A stretch of DNA of 64,000 nt. It comes from Spirochaetota bacterium. GTDB taxonomy: Bacteria > Spirochaetota > UBA4802 > UBA5550. Position numbers and translations under genes: made by a program. Numbering within the stretch: position 1 is the stretch's first letter; the number at the start of each line of letters is the position of its first letter. Below are positions 55,352 to 64,000 of this stretch, one piece after another. The stretch spans positions 101,179 through 165,178 of the forward strand of contig JBGSQT010000038.1 in assembly GCA_041737965.1 (NCBI GenBank), given 5' to 3'. The notes beneath the pieces are model-generated. The model had not been told where the DNA came from. It ran no database searches and saw only the letters and a list, made by a program, of their open reading frames with translations.

Positions 55352-57352
55352 ATGACCGGGCGTAAGGCCGACATAAAGGCGCGGTACCTCGAGCTCTGCG
55401 GGCTCATCGAAAAATACAACCGCCACTACTACACCCTTGACAGTCCCCTGGTGAGCGACGCGGAATACGACGGACTTATGCGGGAACTGCTCACCATCGA
55501 GAGGAAGTATCCGAGCCTCAAGCGGGAGGACTCGCCGACCCAGAGGGTGGGTGACGATATATCGCCGGTTTTCACGAAGGTCCTCCACGACCCGCCGATG
55601 CTCAGCCTCGGAAACATCTTTACCCGGGAGGACCTTCTCGAGTTCGACAGGCGCTGCGCCAAAAGCGCCGGTTCCGAAGGGCCGCTCCTCTATTCCGGGG
55701 AGCTGAAATTCGACGGGCTGGCGGTGGAGGTGGTCTACCGGAACGGAAGGATGGTACAGGGGTCCACCAGGGGAAACGGGGCCGAGGGGGAGGACGTCAC
55801 GGCCAACCTCTCCACTGTGCGGACGCTCCCGCTGTTCCTCAAGGGGAGCGGCCATCCCGACTACCTGTCGGTGCGCGGTGAAGTGTTTCTCACGCATGAT
55901 GAGTTCGATCGCCTCAACGGTGAGCGCGAACGGGAGGGGGAGCCCCCATTTGCCAATCCCCGGAACGCCGCGGCCGGGTCGCTGCGACAGCTGGATTCCC
56001 GCGTCACCGAACGGAGAAATTTGGACATTGTGTTTTACGGAGTGGGACGGGTCTCCGGCATCGATATCCGCGACCAGGAGGGGTTCTACCGCCTTATGGA
56101 CGAATACGGGATCCCCGGGTCATCGTACCGGGTGATCGGTACCGTGGAGGAGATACAGGCGTTCCACGCGCACTGGTACGAGCACCGCCATGAGCTGGAA
56201 TTCGACATTGACGGCGTGGTGGTGAAGGCGTCCGATTTCGCAGTCCGCGAGGCCATGGGCGCCACGTCAAAGGCGCCGCGGTGGGCCGCCGCGTGGAAAT
56301 TTCCCTCCGCCGAAGCGGTAACGCTTCTTGAATCGGTTGAGTTTTCCATTGGAAGGACGGGCGTGGTCACACCGGTGGCGAATTTGAGGCCCATAAACAT
56401 AGGCGGCGTCATGGTGAAGAGGGCGACGCTTCACAATTTCAGCGAGGTAAAAAGGCTCGGTGTGAAAACCGGCGACACCGTCACGGTGAAGCGCGCCGGC
56501 GACGTCATTCCTAAAATCACCTCGGTGCATCAGGCGCAGGAGGGGGGCGGCGGCATCGTCGCTCCGGAACGCTGCCCTTCCTGCGGGACGCAGCTCAGGC
56601 AGGAGGACATCTTTCTCCGGTGCGTGAACAGGGATTGCGAGACAGTCCGCGTTGAGCGCCTGAAATTTTTCGTGTCCAAGGACGGCATGGACATCGAGTA
56701 TTTCGGACCGGAGCTGATCAACCGCCTTTTTGCCGCGGGCCTCGTGGCAACCGCCGCGGACATATATGGCCTCACGAGGGAGAATCTGCTGGGCCTGGAG
56801 CGCATGGGTGAAAAGCTTGCCGACAAGATACTGGAATCCATCGGATCGAGAAGGCGAGTCCCCCTTTCCCATTTCATCAAGGCCATGGGAATAAAAAACG
56901 TGGGTGAGCACATCGCCCGGGTCATCGCCAGGAAGGCAAAGACTTTGGAGACGCTCATTTCCATGACCATGGAGGATCTTAAGGGGATACACGAGGTGGG
57001 CCCGCAGGTGGCCGAATCGGTATACGGTTTTTTCCATGACGATCCCGCGATGTCGGATATCGCACGCATGAGGGAGCGTGGATTTTCGGTGTCAGACGAA
57101 GAGGGGCCTTCCGAAGAAAGCGCATTCGCGGGTAAAACCTTCGTGTTCACCGGCACTCTCGCGAAGCGTACCAGGAAAGAATGCGAAAAAATGGTGACCG
57201 ACCGCGGAGGCCGCGCCGCCGGATCAGTGAGCGCGAAAACCGATTTCGTGGTTGCCGGGGAATCGGCCGGCTCGAAACTGAAAAAGGCGCAGGAACTGGG
57301 GATCGCCGTTTTAAGCGAGGATGAATTCATAGAGATGACAGGGGAAGGATGA
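55352..57352 (+). CDS. ligA: NAD-dependent DNA ligase
   Basis: 666 aa; adenylation motif KxDG (ELKFDGLAVE), OB fold, Zn finger (CPSCGTQL...C..C), HhH and BRCT domains. Confidence 0.93.
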   Translation: MTGRKADIKARYLELCGLIEKYNRHYYTLDSPLVSDAEYDGLMRELLTIERKYPSLKREDSPTQRVGDDISPVFTKVLHDPPMLSLGNIFTREDLLEFDRRCAKSAGSEGPLLYSGELKFDGLAVEVVYRNGRMVQGSTRGNGAEGEDVTANLSTVRTLPLFLKGSGHPDYLSVRGEVFLTHDEFDRLNGEREREGEPPFANPRNAAAGSLRQLDSRVTERRNLDIVFYGVGRVSGIDIRDQEGFYRLMDEYGIPGSSYRVIGTVEEIQAFHAHWYEHRHELEFDIDGVVVKASDFAVREAMGATSKAPRWAAAWKFPSAEAVTLLESVEFSIGRTGVVTPVANLRPINIGGVMVKRATLHNFSEVKRLGVKTGDTVTVKRAGDVIPKITSVHQAQEGGGGIVAPERCPSCGTQLRQEDIFLRCVNRDCETVRVERLKFFVSKDGMDIEYFGPELINRLFAAGLVATAADIYGLTRENLLGLERMGEKLADKILESIGSRRRVPLSHFIKAMGIKNVGEHIARVIARKAKTLETLISMTMEDLKGIHEVGPQVAESVYGFFHDDPAMSDIARMRERGFSVSDEEGPSEESAFAGKTFVFTGTLAKRTRKECEKMVTDRGGRAAGSVSAKTDFVVAGESAGSKLKKAQELGIAVLSEDEFIEMTGEG

Positions 57353-57353
57353 G

Positions 57354-58970
57354 ATGATGGGGAAGATTGTCGATGCTGTCAGAAAACGGTATTATCTGCT
57401 GACGTCGCTGCTGATGTTCCTTTCGTTTCCGAGTTTTGACGTGCCGTTGCTGAAGGGGTTCCCCTTTTTCGCCTGGATCGCACTGGCTCCCCTCTTTATT
57501 TCCATGAGAAAATGCGAGCCAAAGGAAGCGTTCCGCAGGGCCTTCACGGCCGGCATTTTCGGTCATCTTCTCACCTTTCACTGGATAGGGAATTTCGGCG
57601 TCGAAGTGCCGGGGGGACCGGTGGTGATACTCCTTTTCCTGGTCCCCAGCCTGACGGCGTTTTTTGCCGTCAAGGTGTTCGTTGCCGAGTATTTGTCGCG
57701 CAGATACGAAGGGCTCCGCCTCCTGATCTTCCCGTCGGTCTGGATCGTGATCGAATGGGTGCAGTCCATCGGGTTTCTCGCCTTTCCCATGACCTACTGG
57801 GGGTATTCACAGTATCCTTTCACCCCCTTTATCCAGATGGCTTCAATCACCGGCATTTACGGCATCAGCTTTATACTCATACTGTCCAACGCGGTTCTGG
57901 CCGACGTGGCGCTGGCCCGTATAGAGGGCGTGAGGCCGCTGAAGGCGCTGTTATTGTCGGTCCGGGGACGACGTTTTCTGCTTTTTCTTCTATTTATCGC
58001 GCTCGTGTGCGCCTACGGTGCCGCCTCCATGACCGCACGCGGGGGAGGCGAAAGAGCTGCCATGAGGGTCTCGGTGGTGCAGTCCTGCATCGACCCGTGG
58101 AAAGTCTGGGGGAGCAACAAATACGGCTACCTGGAAGAGCTCAAACAGCTCACCGACGATTCCCTGCGGCACAATCCGGACCTTCTCATCTGGTCTGAAT
58201 CGGCGACTCTTGAGCCGATAACCTATCACTGGAAGTACGGCAGCCTGAACCCTTTCGAGCAGGACGTGATCGATTCGGTGCGGCGATGGGGGAGGCCCCT
58301 TCTCACCGGAGAGATCGGCGTGGTGGAACGGTTACACGGGAACTATGTCGAGCGTTTGCCTCAGAACAACGCGCTTCTGATAAGCGCCGAGGGCGTGCCT
58401 CTTACTACGTATGCGAAAATCAACCTCGTCCCCTTCGGCGAATGGTTTCCCTATGAGCGGATCGTACCCTTTCTCAGGGGCCTTCTCGATTCATTCGGCG
58501 CCTCGCGATTCGTGCCGGGGAGAAATCCGGTGCTCTTCAGCGATCTCGGCCGGCCATTCGGCGTCCTTATCTGCTACGAGGGGATATTTCACCGCCTCTG
58601 CCGCACCTACCGGAACATGGGGGCGCAGTTTTTCGTGAATATCACCAACGACGGGTGGACCCGCGCCTACAACGGCCACATGCAGCATTTCGCCGCCTCG
58701 GTCTTCAGGGCGGTGGAGAACGGCGTCTGGTACGTCAGGGCCGGAAATACCGGCTACACGGCGGTGATAGACCCCATGGGCCGCCGGGTCGCGTCATTGC
58801 CGATTTGGGAAAAAAGATACCTCATCGCAGATCTCGATTTTTCGATGAACCGCCGCACCGTCTACTCCGCCGCAGGGGACGTAATTCTTTATCTGGCAAT
58901 GGCGCTCGTGCTGGCTTCCGCGCTCGCGGCGGTGGTGCAAAAAATCAGGGGCGGGGATGAAAAAGCGTAA
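57354..58970 (+). CDS. lnt: apolipoprotein N-acyltransferase
   Basis: 538 aa; eight N-terminal TMs, CN-hydrolase domain with E/K/C triad context (RVSVVQSCIDP..., LICYEGIF). Confidence 0.88.
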   Translation: MMGKIVDAVRKRYYLLTSLLMFLSFPSFDVPLLKGFPFFAWIALAPLFISMRKCEPKEAFRRAFTAGIFGHLLTFHWIGNFGVEVPGGPVVILLFLVPSLTAFFAVKVFVAEYLSRRYEGLRLLIFPSVWIVIEWVQSIGFLAFPMTYWGYSQYPFTPFIQMASITGIYGISFILILSNAVLADVALARIEGVRPLKALLLSVRGRRFLLFLLFIALVCAYGAASMTARGGGERAAMRVSVVQSCIDPWKVWGSNKYGYLEELKQLTDDSLRHNPDLLIWSESATLEPITYHWKYGSLNPFEQDVIDSVRRWGRPLLTGEIGVVERLHGNYVERLPQNNALLISAEGVPLTTYAKINLVPFGEWFPYERIVPFLRGLLDSFGASRFVPGRNPVLFSDLGRPFGVLICYEGIFHRLCRTYRNMGAQFFVNITNDGWTRAYNGHMQHFAASVFRAVENGVWYVRAGNTGYTAVIDPMGRRVASLPIWEKRYLIADLDFSMNRRTVYSAAGDVILYLAMALVLASALAAVVQKIRGGDEKA

Positions 58971-60456
58971 ACAGGAATTCCTGAACAGCCGTTTCAGGGC
59001 GATACACAAAGTCCCCTATCTTCTGGACTCGCTCGTGTCGGAGCGGTGGGACTTTTCCGTACTGTGCAGGATGTTCGTTGACACCGCGGGGTACCACAGC
59101 TGCTGGATCGCCGTTGTCTACGAATCGGGGGAGATGAAGAGCCTGTCCCAGTACAAAAACGAGGACCTGTTCACCGTCCACGGCAAGGTGAGCGACATGA
59201 CCATCGACGAGTATGTGAAGGAAACGCTGGTGCACAACAGCGATTACCTTGTAAACCGGGACCCCCTGCTCGAATTCCTGGAGGAGTCGGCCCGGGGGGG
59301 CGACCCTCCCAAAAATTCCATCACATTCAAGCTCTCATACAACGGTATCATATACGGCGTGCTCTCCATCGTGCTCACCGGCGATTACGAGTCGGTGCGG
59401 GAGGAGGTGCTGATCCTCTCGGACGCAGTGAAATCGATCTCGGTGTTTCTCTACGATCTGGACGTCCAGGAGCGGATCAAGGACATATTCGTCACCATGT
59501 TCGAGACCACCGGAAACGGCACCGCCCTCTTCGAAGAGGACACCACCATCTCCTACGTCAACAAGGAGTTCGAAAATCTCTCCGGATATTCAAAAGAGGA
59601 AATCGAGGGGAAGATGAGCTGGACGGAATTCGTCGTTCCGGAGGACGTGGGCAGGATGCTGGAGTACCACCGCCTGCGCCGTCTGGGGCCGCACAACGCG
59701 CCGCGAAACTACGAATTCAGGTTCATTGACCGGCATAAGGCCGAAAAAAACATCTATATGACCATCGATATGGTGCCCCGCACCAAAATAAGCATCGCCT
59801 CATTCATGAATATCACGGAAAAAAAGCGGCTCGAAAGCGAGATCGTCCGGGTGAGCGAACAGGAGCGCCAGCAGATAGGAAGCGACCTCCATGACGGCCT
59901 GAGCCCCCATCTGGTGGGGGTCCAGCTGATGCTGAAGGCGATCAGGCGGAAGATGGATGAGGGGACGATGCCTGATTCGAAACAGCTCGAAAGCATCGAT
60001 AATCTCATTGCCTCCGCGATAGAACAGGCGCGGCGGCTTATTAAGGGGCTGCGGCCGGTGGACATCGAACCGGGAGGGCTTATTTTCGCCCTGGAAGAGC
60101 TTGTGTCTGGCGTGTCCGGCCGTCTGGGAATCAAGTGCGCCCTCGACTGCGACGGCCCGGTTTCTATCGCCGACAATATAACCGCAACGCATCTTTACTA
60201 TATAATTCACGAAGCGATAAACAATTCCATCAAGCACTCCGGCGCAAGAAAAATCGACGTCATCATCAGGCACAGAACGCAGCGGCTTTCCGTGGAAATA
60301 AGGGACAACGGCGTGGGAATACCGGCAATGCTTGACTCGTCCCTGGGTATGGGGTTAAATTTAATGAGGTATCGCGCAAGCATCATTCACGGCGATATCA
60401 GCATCGGCAGGGGGCCGTCCGGGGGTACCTCGGTTCTCTGCACACTGAAAGCATAA
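58957..60456 (+). CDS. sensor histidine kinase (GAF-like / PAS / HisKA_3 / HATPase_c), cytoplasmic
   Basis: PAS-like (TTGNGTALFEEDTTISYVNKEFENLSGYSKEEIEGK), HisKA_3 H-box (ERQQIGSDLHDGLSPHLVGVQLML), GHKL ATPase (HEAINNSIKHSG...NGVGI...GMGLNLM). Confidence 0.85.
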   Translation: MKKRKQEFLNSRFRAIHKVPYLLDSLVSERWDFSVLCRMFVDTAGYHSCWIAVVYESGEMKSLSQYKNEDLFTVHGKVSDMTIDEYVKETLVHNSDYLVNRDPLLEFLEESARGGDPPKNSITFKLSYNGIIYGVLSIVLTGDYESVREEVLILSDAVKSISVFLYDLDVQERIKDIFVTMFETTGNGTALFEEDTTISYVNKEFENLSGYSKEEIEGKMSWTEFVVPEDVGRMLEYHRLRRLGPHNAPRNYEFRFIDRHKAEKNIYMTIDMVPRTKISIASFMNITEKKRLESEIVRVSEQERQQIGSDLHDGLSPHLVGVQLMLKAIRRKMDEGTMPDSKQLESIDNLIASAIEQARRLIKGLRPVDIEPGGLIFALEELVSGVSGRLGIKCALDCDGPVSIADNITATHLYYIIHEAINNSIKHSGARKIDVIIRHRTQRLSVEIRDNGVGIPAMLDSSLGMGLNLMRYRASIIHGDISIGRGPSGGTSVLCTLKA

Positions 60457-60466
60457 GGGGAAGGAT

Positions 60467-61150
60467 ATGGGGGGAACATCGAATCTTTCGGGAAAGAAGC
60501 TGAAGATATACATCGTGGAGGACCACCCGATATTCCGGCAGGGGCTCGCCCAGCTTCTGAGCGCGGAGGCGGGGATGGAAATTTGCGGGGAGTCGGACAG
60601 CCACCTTGAGGGCCTCCGCGGCATCAGAAGCAGCTTGCCTGACATTGTAATCGTCGACATCGCGCTCAAGGACGGAAGCGGCATAGAGCTCATCAAGGAC
60701 ATTCGGTCATATCTCCCCCAGACGCCGGTCCTCGCGTTGTCGATGCATGACGAAAACATCTACGCCGAACGGGTCCTGAGGGCCGGGGGGAGGGGCTACC
60801 TTATGAAGCAGGAGGCGCCGGAAACTATCGTGAAGGCCATACGCCAGATCATGGAAGGGAAGGTCTTTGTGAGCGACTCGATGGCGTCAAAGATGCTCGA
60901 AGTTTTTGCCGAAGGGAGGAAAAATATCAAGGGCTCCCCGGTGGATCTCCTTTCCGACCGAGAGCTGGAGGTGTTCAGGATGATCGGCGAGGGCATCGGT
61001 ACCAGGCAGATTTCAGAGAAACTCCATGTGAGCGTAAAGACAGTGGAGAATCACCGGGCCCATATAAAGGAAAAGCTCAATCTTCAGAGCGCCATAGAGC
61101 TTATACAGCATGCCACCCTGTGGATCCAGGGAAATTCCATGAAGGAGTGA
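60467..61150 (+). CDS. NarL/FixJ-family response regulator
   Basis: Receiver (IYIVEDHPIFRQG...IVIVDIALKDGSGIE...ALSMHDE) plus LuxR HTH (LSDRELEVFRMIGEGIGTRQISEKLHVSVKTVENHRAHIKEKL). Confidence 0.87.
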   Translation: MGGTSNLSGKKLKIYIVEDHPIFRQGLAQLLSAEAGMEICGESDSHLEGLRGIRSSLPDIVIVDIALKDGSGIELIKDIRSYLPQTPVLALSMHDENIYAERVLRAGGRGYLMKQEAPETIVKAIRQIMEGKVFVSDSMASKMLEVFAEGRKNIKGSPVDLLSDRELEVFRMIGEGIGTRQISEKLHVSVKTVENHRAHIKEKLNLQSAIELIQHATLWIQGNSMKE

Positions 61151-61157
61151 CGGCAGG

Positions 61158-61997
61158 ATGAAAGAGACCGCCGCGGTCGGCCGCAAAGCGATTTTATTCA
61201 TGGCGGCCCTGCTTGTCGTTACGTCGGCCGGAACGCGCCGGGGCGAAAGCCAGGGTTCCGGGTATCTCTTTGTGCCGACGGGGTCTAATTTTTTCGTGTA
61301 TCACCGGGGGGGCGGCGCCGACTTCATCATTCGGACGAGCAAGCTCACTGACTGGAAGATCGACAGGGAATTCGCTGCCATTGCCGGCGGGAAACGCGTC
61401 ATGACCGCAAAGGACGATCCGGCGGTGATGGCGGTGTCCGAGCGGATGGAATCGCTGATGCAGGGGCTCATGCAGGAGTCGCGTAACGCCGAGGACATGC
61501 GGAACTATCTGGCGTACGTCGATTCGACGCTGGGACAGAATTCAGAGCTTCTGGGGCGGATCAGGCTGCTGATCCAGCGGTCTTACGGCGTATTCATGGG
61601 GCCAGACGAGCGTGAAATAGGACAGGTCGAGATTGACCAGCTGCTCCGTCAGATAGACATGAATGCCGAGTTCTCGGAGTACAACAGGCAGAAGATCATT
61701 CCCTTTCTTACGGTGAAGGACCTTGGTCTTGAGGGGCTCAGCGTGGTGAGGTCCCCGGAAGGCGCCATCACCAAAGTGGACAGGGCCATGGAGAAAATCC
61801 GCTTTCTCAGGTCAAAGGCCGGCATCCGGAGCAATGTTCTGACTTTTGAAATAGAGGGAAAGACCCGCTACGCCATGGAAATGGCGAATACCGGCGCCGC
61901 AATGACCGGAGCGGATATCGGCGAGGAGGTGGGAGGTCTTATCAGGAATTCGGTGATCCTGAAAATCCAGCACGGGCTTCTCCTAAGAGCGAAATAA
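61158..61997 (+). CDS. flagellin-family protein with atypical Sec-signal-like N-terminus
   Basis: 279 aa. Residues 75-180 align to the flagellin N-terminal conserved region (GGKRVMTAKDDPAV...ESRNAEDM...LGRIRLLIQRS...IDQLLRQID vs canonical SSGLRINSAKDDAAG...ASRNANDG...LQRVRELAVQS...) and the C-terminus to flagellin CD0 (...LIRNSVILKIQHGLLLRA). The first 30 aa are a basic then hydrophobic signal-peptide-like segment instead of the canonical flagellin export N-terminus. Confidence 0.6.
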   Translation: MKETAAVGRKAILFMAALLVVTSAGTRRGESQGSGYLFVPTGSNFFVYHRGGGADFIIRTSKLTDWKIDREFAAIAGGKRVMTAKDDPAVMAVSERMESLMQGLMQESRNAEDMRNYLAYVDSTLGQNSELLGRIRLLIQRSYGVFMGPDEREIGQVEIDQLLRQIDMNAEFSEYNRQKIIPFLTVKDLGLEGLSVVRSPEGAITKVDRAMEKIRFLRSKAGIRSNVLTFEIEGKTRYAMEMANTGAAMTGADIGEEVGGLIRNSVILKIQHGLLLRAK

Positions 61998-62008
61998 CCG
62001 GGTACCGG

Positions 62009-63034
62009 TCAGGGCGACAAGCCCTCGATGAGTTCAGCGGGATCCCCCATTATCTCAAGACCGCCCACCGAGCCGGTCCCTCGGTACTGTTCATGACGGC
62101 CGTGTCTGTTCACGAGAAAAAAACGTACCGAAATTTCCGCCTTCATGCTTTCGCGCACCTTTCCCGTCATATGTCCTGAGACCGGGGACAACAGTTCGCC
62201 GCCGTCCTTTCCTTCGGCCTTCACCTCTATACCGTAACGGGCGTGAATGACTGAAAATGACGCGCTGTCCGGCCGGATTGCCAGGTCTTTTATCCGTGAG
62301 CCGTTCCATGTCGCAAAAGGATGGAACGCGCCGTTGTCCCATAAGGCGCCGCCGAAACCTGTAAAATAGGTGCCGCGCCAGGGGATGGTGGCGATCGACA
62401 TCACAAAGGAGACGCCGGTTTTTTCAAAGTGGTTTGTCTGCATCCATATCCAGGAACGGGGAAAAGAAGTTCCCCAGTCCTTTTCCGTGTAACCTCGCCC
62501 GCCGGTAAAATCGACAAACTCTTTCCCGATGCTGAGTCCGCCCCTGATCCGGTGATTGAAACTCAGCACGCCGTGATAGCATTCCATGAAGGGAACAAAG
62601 GCATACCAGCCCATGTACCCGGGCCGAAAAAGCGTCACCGGCCAGGGGGACAGGGCGTCGAATTCCAGGACTCCCTTGAGCGCGTCCCCTTCCCCTTCAA
62701 TATTCAGTTCAATCCTGTCCGGTCTGAATCTGCTGGGGCCTACAGATAAATCATGACTGAAATTTGAGGCTGAAAAAGCTTCGACCGGATACCGGTGATA
62801 GCGTGAGGTGCCGCTCATCCCGTCAAGAATCTGGACAAAAGAATGAGAATCGCCGGATATTTCACTCCGGGCAATGCCCGGTATGAGCGCAAGAACGACG
62901 CGGCGATCCTTATCCGCGATCTTATAATACCATCCTTCGAAGTAATGATCTTTTCCGTGGTCTCCGTGATACGCTCCGGGTATCCAGATTCTTTTAATCC
63001 TGCCGAGCATTCCCCCGCCCTGATTACTGTCCAT
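62009..63034 (-). CDS. tocopherol-cyclase-like (CrtC-like) family protein, function unknown
   Basis: 341 aa; HYFEGWYYKI resembles the FFEGWYFR motif near the N-terminus of tocopherol cyclases and bacterial homologues; no other assignable motif. Confidence 0.4.
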   Translation of the reverse strand: MDSNQGGGMLGRIKRIWIPGAYHGDHGKDHYFEGWYYKIADKDRRVVLALIPGIARSEISGDSHSFVQILDGMSGTSRYHRYPVEAFSASNFSHDLSVGPSRFRPDRIELNIEGEGDALKGVLEFDALSPWPVTLFRPGYMGWYAFVPFMECYHGVLSFNHRIRGGLSIGKEFVDFTGGRGYTEKDWGTSFPRSWIWMQTNHFEKTGVSFVMSIATIPWRGTYFTGFGGALWDNGAFHPFATWNGSRIKDLAIRPDSASFSVIHARYGIEVKAEGKDGGELLSPVSGHMTGKVRESMKAEISVRFFLVNRHGRHEQYRGTGSVGGLEIMGDPAELIEGLSP

Positions 63035-63240
63035 ATCTTTAAAATATCCCTCGGCCGGTAGATGTCACACATATTTCGCGGTAAAAAGAATAAATAATGA
63101 TATTTTCTATGGAAGAAATGAATTTATAGACAGTCTGACTTTTGTAAAAAAAATTATGTCTCTTGAAAAAAGGCTTATGGGACCCGGTTTTTTACCGATA
63201 AGAGTAACAGCAGGCGTATATCCATTCAGGAAGGTGGAAG

Positions 63241-63672
63241 ATGTTCGATACTACCCCTCTCATGCAGACAACGGACCTTTTGGAAAGGGCCCTTGACACC
63301 GAGTCGCTCCGGCGCCGGGTGATTTCAAACAACATAGCCAATGTTGACGTGCCCCATTTCCGCAGGAGCGAGGTGAATTTCGAAAGCAATCTCCGCAGGG
63401 CCATCAGGGACAGGGAAAATCCGGACAATCAGCTTCCGGCCGCGATGACCGAGGAGCGCCATATGCCATTTTTTACCCCCCAGGACATAAGGGGAGTGCG
63501 TCCGCGTATAAACCTGGATTATGCGACCACCATGAGGAACGACGGCAACAACGTCGACATAGAAAAGGAAGAAGTTGACGCGGCAAAAAACCTGATGCGC
63601 TACAACGCTTTTGTCACCAGCATCAGCAATAATTTCAAGCTTTTGAAAATCTCAATGAGATCGATGGCATAG
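63241..63672 (+). CDS. flgB: flagellar basal-body rod protein FlgB
   Basis: 143 aa; ...ESLRRRVISNNIANVDVPHFRRSEVNFE...NNVDIEKEEVDAAKNLMRYNAFV typical of FlgB. Confidence 0.9.
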   Translation: MFDTTPLMQTTDLLERALDTESLRRRVISNNIANVDVPHFRRSEVNFESNLRRAIRDRENPDNQLPAAMTEERHMPFFTPQDIRGVRPRINLDYATTMRNDGNNVDIEKEEVDAAKNLMRYNAFVTSISNNFKLLKISMRSMA

Positions 63673-63683
63673 GGGGGTGACGG

Positions 63684-64000
63684 ATGGGAATGTTCGATGA
63701 CTTCAACATAGCGGCGACCGGCCTGACGGCCCAGCGCCTGCGTATGGACGTGATAAGCAACAACATCGCCAACGCCGGAACCACAAGGACCCCCGAAGGG
63801 GGCCCCTACAAGCGGAGAAGGATAATATTCGCTCCCATGAATATCCGACCTGACTACCGCTCCGCGGTGGTGCCGGAGAGGATCGAGGCCGGCACCGGAA
63901 GGGGGGTGAGGGTGGTGAAAATAGAGGATGACACGGCCCCTTTCAGGCCGGTGTACGATCCGACCCATCCGGACGCGATACGCACCGGGCCACAGCAGGG
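63684..64000 (+). CDS. flgC: flagellar basal-body rod protein FlgC (5' part; runs off window)
   Basis: MGMFDDFNIAATGLTAQRLRMDVISNNIANAGTTRTPEGGPYKRRRIIF... canonical FlgC N-terminus; no stop within the window. Confidence 0.88.
   Translation, partial: MGMFDDFNIAATGLTAQRLRMDVISNNIANAGTTRTPEGGPYKRRRIIFAPMNIRPDYRSAVVPERIEAGTGRGVRVVKIEDDTAPFRPVYDPTHPDAIRTGPQQ

Noticed and set aside
54218-55897. 559-aa minus-strand ORF opposite the patatin and ligA genes
   Set aside because: Antisense artefact (R/P/G/H-rich, no motifs). The plus-strand genes carry the GxSxG patatin and KxDG ligase motifs.
56267-57330. 256- and 266-aa minus-strand ORFs within ligA
   Set aside because: Antisense frames inside a full-length NAD-ligase gene.

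Overview
This 64-kb window is a chromosomal segment of a diderm bacterium (GC about 50-58%). Coding density is high and nearly every gene can be placed. No transposase, integrase, CRISPR array or rRNA was found. Most findings are unusual domain architectures or gene neighbourhoods and need profile searches to confirm.

Housekeeping genes recognised from the six-frame translations:
- glnA
- an arginine-biosynthesis run on the minus strand: argJ, an inserted beta-barrel outer-membrane gene, then argD-argF-argG
- coaD, rny with a ymdB-like phosphoesterase, dxs, tlyA
- folP-cdaA-cdaR-pdxJ
- ligA-lnt
- flgB-flgC
- three tRNAs: tRNA-Gly(CCC) and a tandem elongator plus initiator tRNA-Met(CAT)

Among these sit many envelope and signalling proteins:
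- a sensor adenylate cyclase with a periplasmic domain and a HAMP domain, translationally coupled to a 1030-aa FecR / Fn3-like / PEGA / PQQ-propeller surface protein
- an 814-aa BNR-repeat protein anchored at both ends
- a CPA2 antiporter fused to a PTS EIIA(Ntr)-type domain
- a TPR protein and a HAMP-PP2C phosphatase converging on a STAS protein, which lies in the same minus-strand gene string as a MoxR-AAA+ / VWA (CoxD/CoxE-like) pair
- a second orphan STAS protein
- a sensor kinase and NarL-type regulator followed by a flagellin-family protein whose N-terminus looks like a Sec signal peptide rather than the flagellin export signal

The candidates for an undescribed system:
- A minus-strand four-gene module at 47.9-53.5 kb. 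A GNAT acetyltransferase is fused to an acetyl-CoA hydrolase/transferase domain. It sits beside a separate NDP-forming acyl-CoA synthetase, a protein with only the N-terminal regulatory (DRTGG) domain of phosphotransacetylase, and an RsbR-N-like sensor. In effect this is a rewired Pat-type protein-acylation system.
- A small secreted protein that is essentially only a T9SS/FlgD-Ig-like C-terminal domain, co-transcribed with a FadL/PorV-like barrel at the head of the folP-cdaA operon.
- The partner-switching plus MoxR/VWA linkage described above.
- A low-GC islet at 2.4-5.9 kb containing three uncharacterised envelope proteins and an orphan terminator-like hairpin.
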